From positions 38,747-83,782 of the forward strand of contig CAZLTK010000001.1 of the NCBI GenBank assembly GCA_964562535.1: DNA of 45,036 bases, given 5' to 3'. A program made the position numbers and the translations under genes. Position 1 is the stretch's first letter, and every line of letters starts with the position of its first letter. Below the pieces are notes generated by a model. The model ran no database searches. It was not told where the DNA came from and saw only the letters and a list, made by a program, of their open reading frames with translations. Shown piece after piece: positions 9,467 through 20,358 of this stretch. This DNA comes from an uncultured Candidatus Planktophila sp. Its GTDB lineage: Bacteria > Actinomycetota > Actinomycetes > Nanopelagicales > Nanopelagicaceae.

Positions 9467-10571
9467 CGATTTCTCCGCTCATATAGTCGCGAGCATGCGC
9501 GATTATTTCGGTTAATTCTAGGAGGTTTTCGCCTACAACGGTAACGTGGCCGACCTTTCGCCCTTTGCGGATCTCTTTCTTATATTGATGGAACTTTAAA
9601 TTTGGATTTCGCGCCATTAAATGTAGGTAAGGCCGGTACATATCAGTCTTATCGCCGCCCAAGATATTTCCCATAACTGCGTAAGGGGCAACCATCGATG
9701 GATCTCCCAACGGAAGATCGAGTATGGCGCGTAAGTGTTGCTCGAATTGATTGGTCTTTGCACCTTCTATGGTCCAGTGACCAGAGTTATGCGGGCGCAT
9801 GGCAAGCTCGTTAATAAATATTTCGCTTCCCTTTACAAACATCTCAACTGCCATAACCCCAATTAAAGCTAGGTCGTTCGCAATCGAGAGGGCTAAGTGT
9901 TGTGCTTTCTCAGCAAGTTCTGAATTCAGAGTTGGCGCTGGTGAAATTGTGCTGGTGCAGATCCCATCCGACTGGACAGTTTGGGTTGGCGACCAAGTGA
10001 CTGCCTGTCCATGTGCAGACCTCGCGACCATTACCGCTATTTCGAAATCAAATTCAATCAGTTCTTCGATTAGTAACTGTGTAACTTCATTCAGTACTTC
10101 ATCAAGATCATCGTGGTTCTTTATCTTCCATACGCCACGCCCGTCATATCCGCCACTAATGCTCTTAGCTATAAATGGGAATTCGAGTAAGTCATCGCCA
10201 TCGTTAACTACTTTCCATTTTGGCGCTGGATATTCAGAGAGTCGCTGGCGCATCAGCGCTTTATTTTGAGAATACTGAAAAGAATCCGAAGTCGGGAAAA
10301 CTTTAATTCCATCTGCTTCCAACCCTTTTATAACTGCCAAGGGAACGAGCTCGTGTTCAAAGGTTATGAAATCACAGCGTTTAGAAAATTCCTTGAGTGC
10401 GCCAAGATCGCGATAGTCACCGACTACATGCGGGGCAATTTGTGCGGCGCTATCTTCGGGGCTCTCGGCAAAAAGTAAGAGGTTTACTCCGAGCGCTTCA
10501 GCCGGGGCAACTGTCATGCGCGCAAGTTGGCCGGCGCCGATGATGCCGACAGTCGGAAAGCGCTCGTTCAC
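9459..10571 (-). CDS. purK: N5-CAIR synthase
   Basis: [39 protein letters not shown]. Confidence 0.96.
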   Translation of the reverse strand: MNERFPTVGIIGAGQLARMTVAPAEALGVNLLLFAESPEDSAAQIAPHVVGDYRDLGALKEFSKRCDFITFEHELVPLAVIKGLEADGIKVFPTSDSFQYSQNKALMRQRLSEYPAPKWKVVNDGDDLLEFPFIAKSISGGYDGRGVWKIKNHDDLDEVLNEVTQLLIEELIEFDFEIAVMVARSAHGQAVTWSPTQTVQSDGICTSTISPAPTLNSELAEKAQHLALSIANDLALIGVMAVEMFVKGSEIFINELAMRPHNSGHWTIEGAKTNQFEQHLRAILDLPLGDPSMVAPYAVMGNILGGDKTDMYRPYLHLMARNPNLKFHQYKKEIRKGRKVGHVTVVGENLLELTEIIAHARDYMSGEIDE

Positions 10572-10575
10572 CCCG

Positions 10576-11340
10576 CTATCGTAGATGAACTACATCTCCC
10601 ACGTTAACTTCAAAGCCGTCGCGCAGAATTAGCGCTCCTTGTGCGGAGATAGCGACTGCTTCTCCCTCAATTGGATCTCGCCCAAGAACTTCAACGCGCA
10701 CTTGGCAACCGATAGTCGAACTGATTTGGCGATACTTGTCTAGGAAATTAGCGCCTGATTCCCATTCGGTGTAGATGCTTTCAAAGCGATTTAGGAAATC
10801 AATTAGCAACAGGTTGCGATCTAAATAATTTGATCCAACTAGCGCAAGCGAAGTTGCCGTCGGTACTGGTAATTCTGATTCACTCATTGAAACATTTAGC
10901 CCAATTCCAACAATAACCCCATCGCCAATTTGTTGGGCTAGTAAACCTGCCACTTTCTTATCGCTAATCAAAATATCGTTAGGCCACTTTAGAGTTATCG
11001 TTTCCGAACTAGTTTCTGAAATAACTTCTTGCATTGCAATAGCTGCTAAAAAAGATACAAAACTCCAATCACTACGAGAGCGTTTCGGTTGAAGATAAAA
11101 AGAAAATAAGAGCGCGCTCTGTCGCGGCGCTTCAAAAGTTCTATCTAGACGTCCACGTCCTGCGCTTTGAAATTCGGCGGCAATTAATTCGCCTGATTTT
11201 GCTACTGAAGAGTTAACTAACTCTGCAAGATCGCTTTGTGTGGATGCAGTGAGATCAACCACGCTTACCCGCCAGTACTGCGAAATATTTGCGTCGATGA
11301 TCGACTTATTAAGTGGCGCTCTTGGCGCTTGGCTACCCAC
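10576..11340 (-). CDS. birA: biotin--[acetyl-CoA-carboxylase] ligase (class I, no HTH)
   Basis: STQ, QSAGRGRLDR, KWPND, KVAGLL, GIGLNV. Start reassigned to GTG 11340, which removes the overlap with the carboxyltransferase gene and has TACGGT 7 nt upstream. Confidence 0.92.
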   Translation of the reverse strand: MGSQAPRAPLNKSIIDANISQYWRVSVVDLTASTQSDLAELVNSSVAKSGELIAAEFQSAGRGRLDRTFEAPRQSALLFSFYLQPKRSRSDWSFVSFLAAIAMQEVISETSSETITLKWPNDILISDKKVAGLLAQQIGDGVIVGIGLNVSMSESELPVPTATSLALVGSNYLDRNLLLIDFLNRFESIYTEWESGANFLDKYRQISSTIGCQVRVEVLGRDPIEGEAVAISAQGALILRDGFEVNVGDVVHLR

Positions 11341-11358
11341 GACTAGTACCGTAGAGCC
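11341..11358. promoter_or_regulatory. overlapping bidirectional -10 elements (TACCGT on plus, TACGGT on minus)
   Basis: TACCGT 11347-11352 is 6 nt before ATG 11359; TACGGT (minus, 11348-11353) is 7 nt before GTG 11340. Confidence 0.6.
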
Positions 11359-12930
11359 ATGAGCCCAGATCTGCATACAACTTCAGGAAAAATTGAAGAT
11401 CTCCGACTGCGTGTCGAGGAAGCGGTGCACGCCGGATCGGCCCGCGCCGTTGAGAAGCAACACGCAAAGGGAAAGTTAACTGCCCGCGAACGCATTGATC
11501 TACTCGTCGATGCAGATTCATTTACTGAAATTGATGAGTTTGCACGTCATCGTTCTACTCAGTTCGGCATGGAGAAGAACCGCCCCTACGGAGATGGCGT
11601 TGTAATCGGAACAGCGACAGTCGATGGTCGACCAATTGCGCTTTACTCACAAGATTTCACAGTTATGGGCGGCAGTCTCGGTGAAGTCCACGCAGAAAAG
11701 ATTGTAAAGATTGCCGAGTTCGCGCTTAAGAGTGGAATTCCATTAATCGGAATTAACGATTCAGGTGGAGCTCGTATTCAAGAAGGCGTGGCCTCACTCA
11801 ATGGTTACGGAAAAATCTTCCGCTTAAATACTCGCTCATCTGGTGTGATCCCCCAGATCTCTTTGATCCTCGGACCTTGTGCGGGCGGTTCTGCATATTC
11901 ACCAGCGCTTACCGATTTCACGGTAATGGTTAATGAGACTTCACATATGTTTATCACTGGTCCAGATGTAATTAAGACCGTTACTGGTGAAGATGTTGGA
12001 ATGGAAGAGCTCGGCGGCGGACTAACCCACAACACTCGCTCTGGAAATGCACATTACCTGGCAGATAGTGAAGCCGATGCCATTGATTATGTGAAAGCGC
12101 TACTTTCTTATCTGCCATCAAATAATATGGATGGTTCACCACATCTTCCCCCAACTCAAAATTTGGATCAGACTCCAGAAGATGCTGCACTCGATACTTT
12201 AATTCCAGATAGTCCAAATCAGCCTTACGATATGAAGACGTTGATCACTACGTTGGTTGATGAAGGCGAATTCTTAGAAGTCCATGCCTTGTACGCCCCA
12301 AATATCATCGTTGGGTTTGCGCGCATTGAAGGCGAATCCGTAGGAATTATCGCCAACCAGCCATCACAATTAGCCGGAACTCTTGATATAAATTCGAGTG
12401 AAAAAGCGGCGCGTTTCTTACGTTTCTGCGATGCCTTTAATATTCCGATTCTAACTTTGGTGGATGTACCTGGTTTCTTGCCAGGCACCGAACAAGAATG
12501 GAACGGCATCATTCGCCGTGGAGCGAAATTGCTATACGCATACGCTGAGGCATCGGTTCCACTTGTAACTCTAATTACTCGCAAAGCTTACGGTGGCGCA
12601 TTTATCGTTATGGGTTCAAAGTATTTGGGTAGCGATATTAACTTCGCTTGGCCAAGCGCTGAGATTGCAGTTATGGGTGCGCAAGGTGCGGTTAATATCT
12701 TGTACCGCAAAGAAATTGCTGATGCGAAAGATCCAGAAAAGGTTCGCGCCGAATTGGTATCGGATTACACCGAAACACTTTCAAATCCCTATGCTGCGGC
12801 AGAGCGCGGCACGATCGATAGCGTTATTGAGCCTCATCAATCTCGCGCATACATCACAAAGGCATTCCGCACGCTAAAGACCAAGCGCGATGTCTTGCCG
12901 GCACGTAAGCACGGAAATATCCCGCTGTAA
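11359..12930 (+). CDS. pccB: acyl-CoA (propionyl/acetyl-CoA) carboxylase carboxyltransferase beta subunit
   Basis: [57 protein letters not shown]. Confidence 0.93.
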   Translation: MSPDLHTTSGKIEDLRLRVEEAVHAGSARAVEKQHAKGKLTARERIDLLVDADSFTEIDEFARHRSTQFGMEKNRPYGDGVVIGTATVDGRPIALYSQDFTVMGGSLGEVHAEKIVKIAEFALKSGIPLIGINDSGGARIQEGVASLNGYGKIFRLNTRSSGVIPQISLILGPCAGGSAYSPALTDFTVMVNETSHMFITGPDVIKTVTGEDVGMEELGGGLTHNTRSGNAHYLADSEADAIDYVKALLSYLPSNNMDGSPHLPPTQNLDQTPEDAALDTLIPDSPNQPYDMKTLITTLVDEGEFLEVHALYAPNIIVGFARIEGESVGIIANQPSQLAGTLDINSSEKAARFLRFCDAFNIPILTLVDVPGFLPGTEQEWNGIIRRGAKLLYAYAEASVPLVTLITRKAYGGAFIVMGSKYLGSDINFAWPSAEIAVMGAQGAVNILYRKEIADAKDPEKVRAELVSDYTETLSNPYAAAERGTIDSVIEPHQSRAYITKAFRTLKTKRDVLPARKHGNIPL

Positions 12931-13115
12931 TGAAATTTACAATTACCTCTGGCAATCCAACTGAAGAGGAGTTGCTCGCCCTAAAGGCAGCAATCGATCA
13001 CCATAAAATCCAGAACTTGGTGCCGGTAATCAAGCGCAGCGTCTTTGGGCTACCTCAACTACGCCAGCCACTTCCCCATCAAATAACCTTTGGCGCACGC
13101 AGAAAATCTAACTAA
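12930..13115 (+). CDS. accE: acyl-CoA carboxylase epsilon subunit
   Basis: ITSGNPTEEELLAL motif; coupled by TAATG overlaps between the beta subunit gene and maf. Confidence 0.8.
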   Translation: MKFTITSGNPTEEELLALKAAIDHHKIQNLVPVIKRSVFGLPQLRQPLPHQITFGARRKSN

Positions 13116-13717
13116 TGCCGAAAATTGTTCTTGCTTCACAATCAACTTCGCGACGCCGTCTCCTCGAAGGCGCTGGGCTGAAACCAACAGTTATCGTCAG
13201 CAATGTTGATGAAGAAACCGATTTTTTCAGCGCAATGACTCCCGCCGATATGGTGATCGCTTTGGCGGTTACCAAAGCGCACACGGTTCGCGAGCAAATT
13301 GATTACCCAGCGCTGATTATCGGATGTGATTCCACTTTTGATGTCGACGGGGTTTCCTTTGGAAAGCCAGGCACTCCAGATATCGCCCGCGAACGAGCTA
13401 AAACGATCAGCGGACGTTCCGGGTTACTTCACACAGGACATTGCATTATTGATACAGCACAAGGGCGTGAAATTGCTGATCGCGTTACAACAAAGGTAAC
13501 TTTTTCTGAGATGACTGATCAGGAAATTGAAGATTACATAGCTTCTGAAGAGCCTCTTCATGTTGCCGGCGGATTTACTCTTGATGGGTTTGGATCGCCC
13601 TTTATTCCAATAATTGAAGGCGATTACACAAACGTTGTCGGAATTTCAATGCCGTTCCTGCGCTCTGCAATGTCACAACTTGGCTATTCTTGGCCAGAAG
13701 TTAAGGAGATGCAATGA
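13115..13717 (+). CDS. maf: Maf family nucleoside triphosphate pyrophosphatase
   Basis: [31 protein letters not shown]. Confidence 0.92.
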   Translation: MPKIVLASQSTSRRRLLEGAGLKPTVIVSNVDEETDFFSAMTPADMVIALAVTKAHTVREQIDYPALIIGCDSTFDVDGVSFGKPGTPDIARERAKTISGRSGLLHTGHCIIDTAQGREIADRVTTKVTFSEMTDQEIEDYIASEEPLHVAGGFTLDGFGSPFIPIIEGDYTNVVGISMPFLRSAMSQLGYSWPEVKEMQ

Positions 13718-15432
13718 AGCGCGTCCTGATTGCCAATCGTGGAGAAATCGCTGTCCGCGTTATTCGTGCTTGCCGCGATCACGGAATCGAGAGCGTAGCG
13801 ATTTATTCAGATGAAGATCGCGATGCCATTCACACCAAGAGCGCTGATTTTGCATTTTCGCTAAACGGAGTTACCGCTACTCAAACATATTTAGATATTT
13901 CGAAAATTATCGCTGCCGCCAAAGAATCTGGGGCAGATGCAGTTCATCCAGGTTATGGATTTTTATCTGAACGCGCAGATTTCGCGCAGGCGGTAATCGA
14001 TGCTGGATTAATTTGGATCGGTCCCCCACCTTCAGCAATTAGCGCACTTGGCGACAAAGTATCTGCACGTCGCATCGCGGCAAAGGCCGGTGCACCGCTT
14101 GTAGCAGGAACCAAAGATCCAGTTGATGGAGCCGATGAAGTTATCGCTTTTGCAAAAGAACATGGCCTTCCGGTTGCTATAAAAGCGGCCTTCGGTGGTG
14201 GTGGACGCGGCTTAAAGGTTGCTCGCACTATGGAAGAAATTCCAGAACTCTTTGCATCCGCTGTACGTGAAGCAATCGCTGGCTTTGGCCGTGGAGAGTG
14301 CTTTGTTGAGCGATATTTGGATAAGCCGCGCCACGTTGAAACCCAGGTATTGGTAGATCAACATGGCAATGCAGTTGTCGTAAGTACTCGCGATTGTTCG
14401 CTGCAGCGTCGCCACCAGAAGTTGGTGGAAGAAGCTCCCGCCCCATTCTTGACTGATGCCCAAAATGAAGAGTTATACCGCTCCAGCAAAGCGATCATGA
14501 AGGAAGCCGGCTACGTTGGAGCTGGCACTTGTGAGTTCTTAGTTGGACTAGATGGAACCATCTCATTTCTCGAGGTAAATACTCGCTTGCAAGTTGAGCA
14601 CCCAGTGAGTGAAGAGGTAACCGGAATCGATTTAGTCCGCGAACAGTTCCGTATCGCAATGGGCGAAAAATTAGGATTCACTGATCCAGAAATCCGCGGC
14701 CACTCACTTGAGTTCCGGATCAACGGTGAAGATCCAGGTCGATCCTTCTTGCCAGCCCCAGGTCGAATTACACAATGGAACTTACCAACTGGCCCTGGTG
14801 TTCGTATCGATGCCGGATTTAAGAATGGTGACACCATCGGTGGAAACTTCGACTCACTTCTTGCCAAATTAATTGTTACTGGAGCAACGCGAAAGCAAGC
14901 CATCGAACGCGCACGCCGTGCACTTGCCGAATTTGAAGTAGATGGTTTAGCGACAGCTATTCCATTCCATCGCGCTATTTTAGAAGATCCTGCATATACC
15001 GAAAACTTTAAGGTTTATACGAGTTACATCGAAAATGAATTTAAGAACGATATCCCGGCATTTTCTGCCACACCAATTCCGGTTACAACTAAGGTCGCGG
15101 CAGAGCACTTGGTTGCTGAAGTTAATGGCAAGCGCTTTGAGGTAAAGCTTCACACACCAGAACCGGTTGTAAAACGCCATCGCGCAAAGCAATCAAAAGT
15201 TGGCGGTGCAAGTGGTACTGGACTTACAAGCCCGATGCAAGGCACCGTCGTAAAAATTGCCGTTGCAGAAGGCGCAGAAGTTGAAGCCGGAGATTTAATT
15301 ATTGTTTTGGAAGCCATGAAGATGGAACAACCACTGATCGCACATAAATCTGGCAAGGTCACAAACCTAAAAGCGGTAATCGGTGAGACGGTTTCAAGTG
15401 GCACAGTTCTGTGCGACATTCTTGACGCTTAA
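13714..15432 (+). CDS. accA: acyl-CoA carboxylase alpha subunit (biotin carboxylase plus BCCP)
   Basis: [45 protein letters not shown], and biotinylation motif EAMKM. Confidence 0.95.
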   Translation: MKRVLIANRGEIAVRVIRACRDHGIESVAIYSDEDRDAIHTKSADFAFSLNGVTATQTYLDISKIIAAAKESGADAVHPGYGFLSERADFAQAVIDAGLIWIGPPPSAISALGDKVSARRIAAKAGAPLVAGTKDPVDGADEVIAFAKEHGLPVAIKAAFGGGGRGLKVARTMEEIPELFASAVREAIAGFGRGECFVERYLDKPRHVETQVLVDQHGNAVVVSTRDCSLQRRHQKLVEEAPAPFLTDAQNEELYRSSKAIMKEAGYVGAGTCEFLVGLDGTISFLEVNTRLQVEHPVSEEVTGIDLVREQFRIAMGEKLGFTDPEIRGHSLEFRINGEDPGRSFLPAPGRITQWNLPTGPGVRIDAGFKNGDTIGGNFDSLLAKLIVTGATRKQAIERARRALAEFEVDGLATAIPFHRAILEDPAYTENFKVYTSYIENEFKNDIPAFSATPIPVTTKVAAEHLVAEVNGKRFEVKLHTPEPVVKRHRAKQSKVGGASGTGLTSPMQGTVVKIAVAEGAEVEAGDLIIVLEAMKMEQPLIAHKSGKVTNLKAVIGETVSSGTVLCDILDA

Positions 15433-15459
15433 CTCCCTGGCTTAAACGCAATTCACAAG

Positions 15460-15480
15460 TTGATTTAATCAAGTTAGGCT
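15460..15480 (+). promoter_or_regulatory. leaderless promoter (-10 TAGGCT) with upstream palindrome TTGATT-T-AATCAA
   Basis: Palindrome at 15460-15472; TAGGCT 15475-15480 is 6 nt before ATG 15487. Confidence 0.55.
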
Positions 15481-15486
15481 GTGGCT

Positions 15487-17118
15487 ATGAACGCGCAGCT
15501 CTTGGCCGAAGTCCAAGCCTGGATCGCCGATGATCCTGATCCCAAGACCGCCGCGGAGTTATCGAAGCTTATTGAAACAGGCGATGAAGAAACTCTTAAG
15601 AAGTTTTTTGCAGGATTTTTGCAATTTGGTACCGCTGGTTTACGAGGCCCAATTGGCCCTGGTCCTTCATGCATGAACCGTGCTGTGGTTGGTCGCACCG
15701 CTGCAGGATTAGTTTCTTACATGAAAGAGCGCGGACTCAGCCGCGTGGTAATTGGACGCGATGCGCGATACGGCTCAGAAGATTTCACAGAAGAATCTGC
15801 ACAGATATTTTCAGGTGCAGGCTTTGAGGTATTTGTCCTGCCACGACCACTTCCAACTCCCGTACTAGCTTTTGCTACCCATGAACTCATATGTGATCTC
15901 GGCGTTATGGTCACCGCTAGCCATAATCCACCGCAAGATAACGGCTACAAGGTTTATATCGGGCCCACTGCCGACGGTATTGAATACGCCGCATCACAAA
16001 TCATCAATCCAACTGATGGCTTTATCGCAAAAGAGATTGATTTAGTGAACTCTCTCAAGGATGTACCTAGAGGTAATTCATGGACTGTCTTAGATGATGT
16101 AGTTGTAGATAAATACGTTGCGCGTACAGCAAAACTTGCGCCACGACCTGGTTCTCTTAAAATTGTTTACACCGCAATGCATGGCGTTGGCACTGAGACT
16201 GTAGAGAAAGTCTTTGCTAAAGCTGGCTTTCCAAACTTGGTTTTAGTAAGTGAACAAGCGAAACCAGATCCGGATTTCCCAACTGTGGCATTTCCAAACC
16301 CAGAAGAACCAGGTGCGATTGATTTAGCGCTAGCAAAAGCGCGTGAAGTTGGCGCAGATTTAGTTATCGCCAATGACCCAGATGCCGATCGCTGCGCTGC
16401 TGCAGTAAATGACCCAAATGGTGGTTGGCGAATGCTGCGTGGTGATGAACTCGGCATAATCTTTGGAGAATGGATTGCGCGATCGATGGTGCAAGATAAG
16501 AAAAAGACTGGCACCTTTGGTAATTCGATAGTCTCTTCATCTGCGCTGCGCAAGATCGCTACTCATTATGTAATCGACTTTAAAGAGGTTTTAACAGGCT
16601 TTAAATGGCTCGCTAAAATCGAAGATCTCGCCTTTGGTTACGAAGAAGCGATCGGTTACGCCGTTGATTCTGAGACTGTTAACGATAAGGACGGAATTTC
16701 TGCCGCTCTTTTCTTAGCCCAAATTGCAACAGATCTAAGCGCTGAAGGAAAAACGCTTGTAGATTTATTAAATGAGGTTTGGGCTCGTCACGGTTTCCAT
16801 GGAACTGAACAAATCTCAATTCGAGTTAGCGATATGTCCCGCATTACCGAACTTCTGGCGGGATTGCGCAAGAACCCTCCTGCAGAAATTGCCGGTCGTA
16901 CGGTATCTTCGATTGATGACTTGGCTGCACCTAAAGATGGACTTCCCCCAACAGATGGCTTGCGAATCTGGCTTGATGGAGGAATTCGCATCATTATCCG
17001 TCCGAGCGGAACTGAAGCAAAGATGAAGTGCTACATCGAGGTAATAACTAAAGATCAAAACTCTGCAAACGAACTATTGAACCAATTGCGCCAACCACTT
17101 AAGGAATTTCTGGCATGA
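15487..17118 (+). CDS. phospho-sugar mutase (alpha-D-phosphohexomutase family; probably phosphopentomutase by context)
   Basis: FGTAGLRG, TASHNP phosphoserine loop, DPDADR, GYEEAIG, RPSGTE.K. Start at ATG 15487 (alternative GTG 15481). Confidence 0.9.
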   Translation: MNAQLLAEVQAWIADDPDPKTAAELSKLIETGDEETLKKFFAGFLQFGTAGLRGPIGPGPSCMNRAVVGRTAAGLVSYMKERGLSRVVIGRDARYGSEDFTEESAQIFSGAGFEVFVLPRPLPTPVLAFATHELICDLGVMVTASHNPPQDNGYKVYIGPTADGIEYAASQIINPTDGFIAKEIDLVNSLKDVPRGNSWTVLDDVVVDKYVARTAKLAPRPGSLKIVYTAMHGVGTETVEKVFAKAGFPNLVLVSEQAKPDPDFPTVAFPNPEEPGAIDLALAKAREVGADLVIANDPDADRCAAAVNDPNGGWRMLRGDELGIIFGEWIARSMVQDKKKTGTFGNSIVSSSALRKIATHYVIDFKEVLTGFKWLAKIEDLAFGYEEAIGYAVDSETVNDKDGISAALFLAQIATDLSAEGKTLVDLLNEVWARHGFHGTEQISIRVSDMSRITELLAGLRKNPPAEIAGRTVSSIDDLAAPKDGLPPTDGLRIWLDGGIRIIIRPSGTEAKMKCYIEVITKDQNSANELLNQLRQPLKEFLA

Positions 17119-18062
17119 GCTTCTACGGAATAGTCGATGGCAGTGAAGGTTCGCTTAAGAACTTTCTCTCACAACTTCCTGGCGTAGACCAAGTTGGCGC
17201 TGAAGCGCGCGCTGCCATGTTGGCAACTCGCAGTATCAAGACGACAAGTAAGCGTTGGGCGATAGACACTGCCATCTCAATGGTTGATCTAACAACGTTA
17301 GAAGGTGCTGATACTCCTGGAAAGGTTCGCGCCCTTTGTACAAAGGCGGTGCGCCCTGATCCAACTGATTTAACGATTCCAAGTGTTGGTGCGGTCTGCG
17401 TTTACAACGATATGGTTTCGATTGCACGAACCCATTTAGATGCGATCGGCGGCAAGCACGTTCCAGTTGCTGCCGTCTCAACTGCATTCCCATCAGGCCG
17501 GGCATCAATGGAAGTTAAAATCCAAGATACTCAAGATGCGATCGATGCCGGCGCGGCCGAAATAGATATGGTGATCGATCGTGGCGCTTTCTTATCGGGC
17601 AAATTTGGGCTGGTCTTTGATGAGATCGTAAAGATCCGCGAAGTTTGCGGAGATCGTGCACATTTAAAAGTTATCTTTGAAACTGGCGAACTTGTTACCT
17701 ATGACAACGTTCGCAAAGCCTCATATCTGGCAATGCTTGCCGGTGCAGATTTCATCAAGACATCAACGGGAAAGGTCGCACCTGCCGCTACTCCCCCAGT
17801 TGTCCTTGTGATGTTAGAGGCGGTCCGTGATTTCTATGCGCTGACAAATCGGCGAATCGGCGTGAAGCCTGCTGGTGGAATCCGAAACACTAAAGATGCG
17901 ATTAAACAGCTAGTGCTAGTAAATGAAACAGCCGGCCCAGAATGGTTAACGCCAGAGTTATTCCGTATTGGAGCCAGTGCGCTACTGAACGACCTTTTGA
18001 TGCAGCGCATGAAAATGGACGATGGCTACTACGCTAGCCCTAACTACGTAACGATCGATTAA
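17115..18062 (+). CDS. deoC: deoxyribose-phosphate aldolase (long type)
   Basis: DLTTLEG.DT, EIDMVI, LKVIFETGEL, DFIKTSTGK, GVKPAGGIR, FRIGAS. Confidence 0.95.
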   Translation: MSFYGIVDGSEGSLKNFLSQLPGVDQVGAEARAAMLATRSIKTTSKRWAIDTAISMVDLTTLEGADTPGKVRALCTKAVRPDPTDLTIPSVGAVCVYNDMVSIARTHLDAIGGKHVPVAAVSTAFPSGRASMEVKIQDTQDAIDAGAAEIDMVIDRGAFLSGKFGLVFDEIVKIREVCGDRAHLKVIFETGELVTYDNVRKASYLAMLAGADFIKTSTGKVAPAATPPVVLVMLEAVRDFYALTNRRIGVKPAGGIRNTKDAIKQLVLVNETAGPEWLTPELFRIGASALLNDLLMQRMKMDDGYYASPNYVTID

Positions 18063-18084
18063 GAGAAGGCGCCAAGGATCAGTC

Positions 18085-19518
18085 ATGACTTTCGAATATG
18101 CACCAGCACCCGAGTCTCGCTCGATTGTTTCCATTAAGCCGAAGTACGGCCACTTTATCGATGGCAAATTTGTTAATGGGCGCAATCACTTTGCAACAAT
18201 TAACCCAGCAACTGAAGAAGTTCTAAGCCAAATCGCGCTCGGAAACGCTAGCGATGTCGATAAGGCAGTTATTGCAGCACAGAAGGCTTACACAAAAACC
18301 TGGTCAAAACTTTCTGGCAAAGAACGCGGTAAGTACCTTTATCGCATCGCGCGCATCTTGCAAGAACGCGCCCGCGAATTTGCAGTCCTTGAAACTCTAG
18401 ATAACGGTAAGCCGATTCGCGAAACCCGCGATATCGATATTCCGCTAGTTGCAGCGCATTTCTTTTATCACGCGGGATGGGCCGATAAATTAGATTACGC
18501 CGGCATGGGTAAGTCACCAAAGCCACATGGAGTTGCTGGCCAGATCATTCCTTGGAACTTCCCGTTATTGATGTTGGCATGGAAAGTAGCGCCAGCTCTT
18601 GCAACTGGAAATACCGTTGTGTTGAAACCGGCTGAGACAACCTCGCTGACCGCACTTTTATTTGCCGAGGTTTGTCAGCAAGCAGAACTTCCTGCTGGTG
18701 TTGTAAATATTGTTACTGGAGATGGATCTACAGGATCTGCGATCGTTAACCACGCCGGTATCCATAAGATTGCATTTACTGGTTCGACTGAAGTCGGCAA
18801 GAAAATTGCTCGCGCCATCGCCGGAACCAATAAGAAAGCAACCCTCGAATTAGGCGGAAAAGGCGCAAATATCGTCTTTGATGACGCCCCTATCGATGAG
18901 ACGGTCGAAGGCATTGTTAACGGCATCTTCTTCAACCAAGGCCATGTCTGCTGTGCTGGTTCGCGCTTGATTCTGCAAGAAGGTATCGCAGATGAAGTTA
19001 CCGAAAAGTTAAAAACTCGCATGTCAAAGATTCGCGTAGGAGATCCTTTAGATAAGAACACCGATCTTGGCGCCATCAACTCACGCGAGCAGTTAAATAA
19101 GATTAATGAACTTTCTGCGGCAGGAGATTCTGAAGGCGCCGAACGCTGGAGCCCGGCTTGCAACTTATCCGATAAAGGTTTCTGGTTTGCCCCAACAATC
19201 TTTACCGGCGTTACCCAAGCTCACCGAATTGCGCGCGAAGAGATCTTTGGACCAGTCCTTTCAATCCTTACCTTCCGTACCCCACAAGAAGCGATCGAAA
19301 AGGCAAATAACACTCCATTTGGACTATCTGCTGGCGTTTGGAGTGAGAAAGGTTCGCGAATTTTATGGGCCACTCAACAACTTCGCGCTGGCGTTATCTG
19401 GGCCAATACCTTTAATAAATTTGATCCAACATCACCATTTGGTGGATATAAAGAATCTGGCTGGGGACGCGAAGGTGGAAAACATGGCTTGGCTTCTTAT
19501 CTGAAGGAGGGAAAGTAA
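18085..19518 (+). CDS. aldehyde dehydrogenase, catalytic subunit
   Basis: IIPWNFP, KPAE, FTGST, LELGGK, FNQGHVCCAG, EEIFGP, PFGGYKESG. Confidence 0.95.
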   Translation: MTFEYAPAPESRSIVSIKPKYGHFIDGKFVNGRNHFATINPATEEVLSQIALGNASDVDKAVIAAQKAYTKTWSKLSGKERGKYLYRIARILQERAREFAVLETLDNGKPIRETRDIDIPLVAAHFFYHAGWADKLDYAGMGKSPKPHGVAGQIIPWNFPLLMLAWKVAPALATGNTVVLKPAETTSLTALLFAEVCQQAELPAGVVNIVTGDGSTGSAIVNHAGIHKIAFTGSTEVGKKIARAIAGTNKKATLELGGKGANIVFDDAPIDETVEGIVNGIFFNQGHVCCAGSRLILQEGIADEVTEKLKTRMSKIRVGDPLDKNTDLGAINSREQLNKINELSAAGDSEGAERWSPACNLSDKGFWFAPTIFTGVTQAHRIAREEIFGPVLSILTFRTPQEAIEKANNTPFGLSAGVWSEKGSRILWATQQLRAGVIWANTFNKFDPTSPFGGYKESGWGREGGKHGLASYLKEGK

Positions 19519-20355
19519 ATGTCACGTCTGGAAGTGAAGAAGACTTACAAGCTCTACATCAATGGCGCTTTCCCACGTAGTGAATCAGGGCGCATCTACG
19601 AAGTAACCGATGCAAAGGGAAACTTCATCGCTAATCCTGCGCTGGCATCACGTAAAGATTTGCGTGATGCAGTTGTTGCCGCGCGCGCTGCACAGATTGG
19701 TTGGGCAAAGGCAACTGCCTACAACCGCGGACAGATTCTCTATCGCATTGCAGAGATGCTCGAAGGTCGCGCAGATCAGATCGCCAACGAAATTTCTGCA
19801 ACATCTGGCGTAACTCCCAAGAAAGCGCATGAGCAACTTATGTCTGCGATCGATCGTTGGGTTTGGTATGCCGGCTGGAGCGATAAGTTGGCTGCGGCAT
19901 TTGGCTCAACAAACCCCGTTGCTGGCCCTTATTACAACTTCACTATCCCTGAAGCGCAAGGCGTTATCGCAGTTGCGCCAAAAGATGAATTCTTAGCCTT
20001 TATCGATTCCATTGCGCCAGTTATTACATCTGGAAATTCAGTTATCGCCCTAGTGCCAGGAGCATCAGCGGTTCCGGCGATGACCTTCGCCGAAGTTTTA
20101 GCAACTAGCGATCTACCTCATGGCGTTATAAATATTCTAACTGGCTCACATGATGAGCTTGCTCCTTGGGCGGCATCACATATGGATATCGATGGCATGG
20201 ATATATCTGGAATCGATAAGAAGAAGCGCACCGCACTTAAAGAAGCGGGTGCTGAAAATCTAAAGCGGATCCATCATTTTGACGATGCCCAGACCCCAAA
20301 TCGCATCTATGCATTTATGGAAGCAAAGACGGTCTGGCACCCAATCGGGGTTTAA
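19519..20355 (+). CDS. ALDH-like Rossmann-only partner protein (catalytic domain absent)
   Basis: KTYKLYINGAFPRSESGR N-terminus; no ELGG or catalytic Cys; C-terminal EAKTVWHPIG; strong RBS GAAGGAGG. Confidence 0.85.
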   Translation: MSRLEVKKTYKLYINGAFPRSESGRIYEVTDAKGNFIANPALASRKDLRDAVVAARAAQIGWAKATAYNRGQILYRIAEMLEGRADQIANEISATSGVTPKKAHEQLMSAIDRWVWYAGWSDKLAAAFGSTNPVAGPYYNFTIPEAQGVIAVAPKDEFLAFIDSIAPVITSGNSVIALVPGASAVPAMTFAEVLATSDLPHGVINILTGSHDELAPWAASHMDIDGMDISGIDKKKRTALKEAGAENLKRIHHFDDAQTPNRIYAFMEAKTVWHPIGV

Positions 20356-20358
20356 CTA

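Noticed and set aside
11341-11376. Longer birA start overlapping the carboxyltransferase gene
   Set aside because: GTG 11340 avoids the overlap and has a correctly spaced -10.
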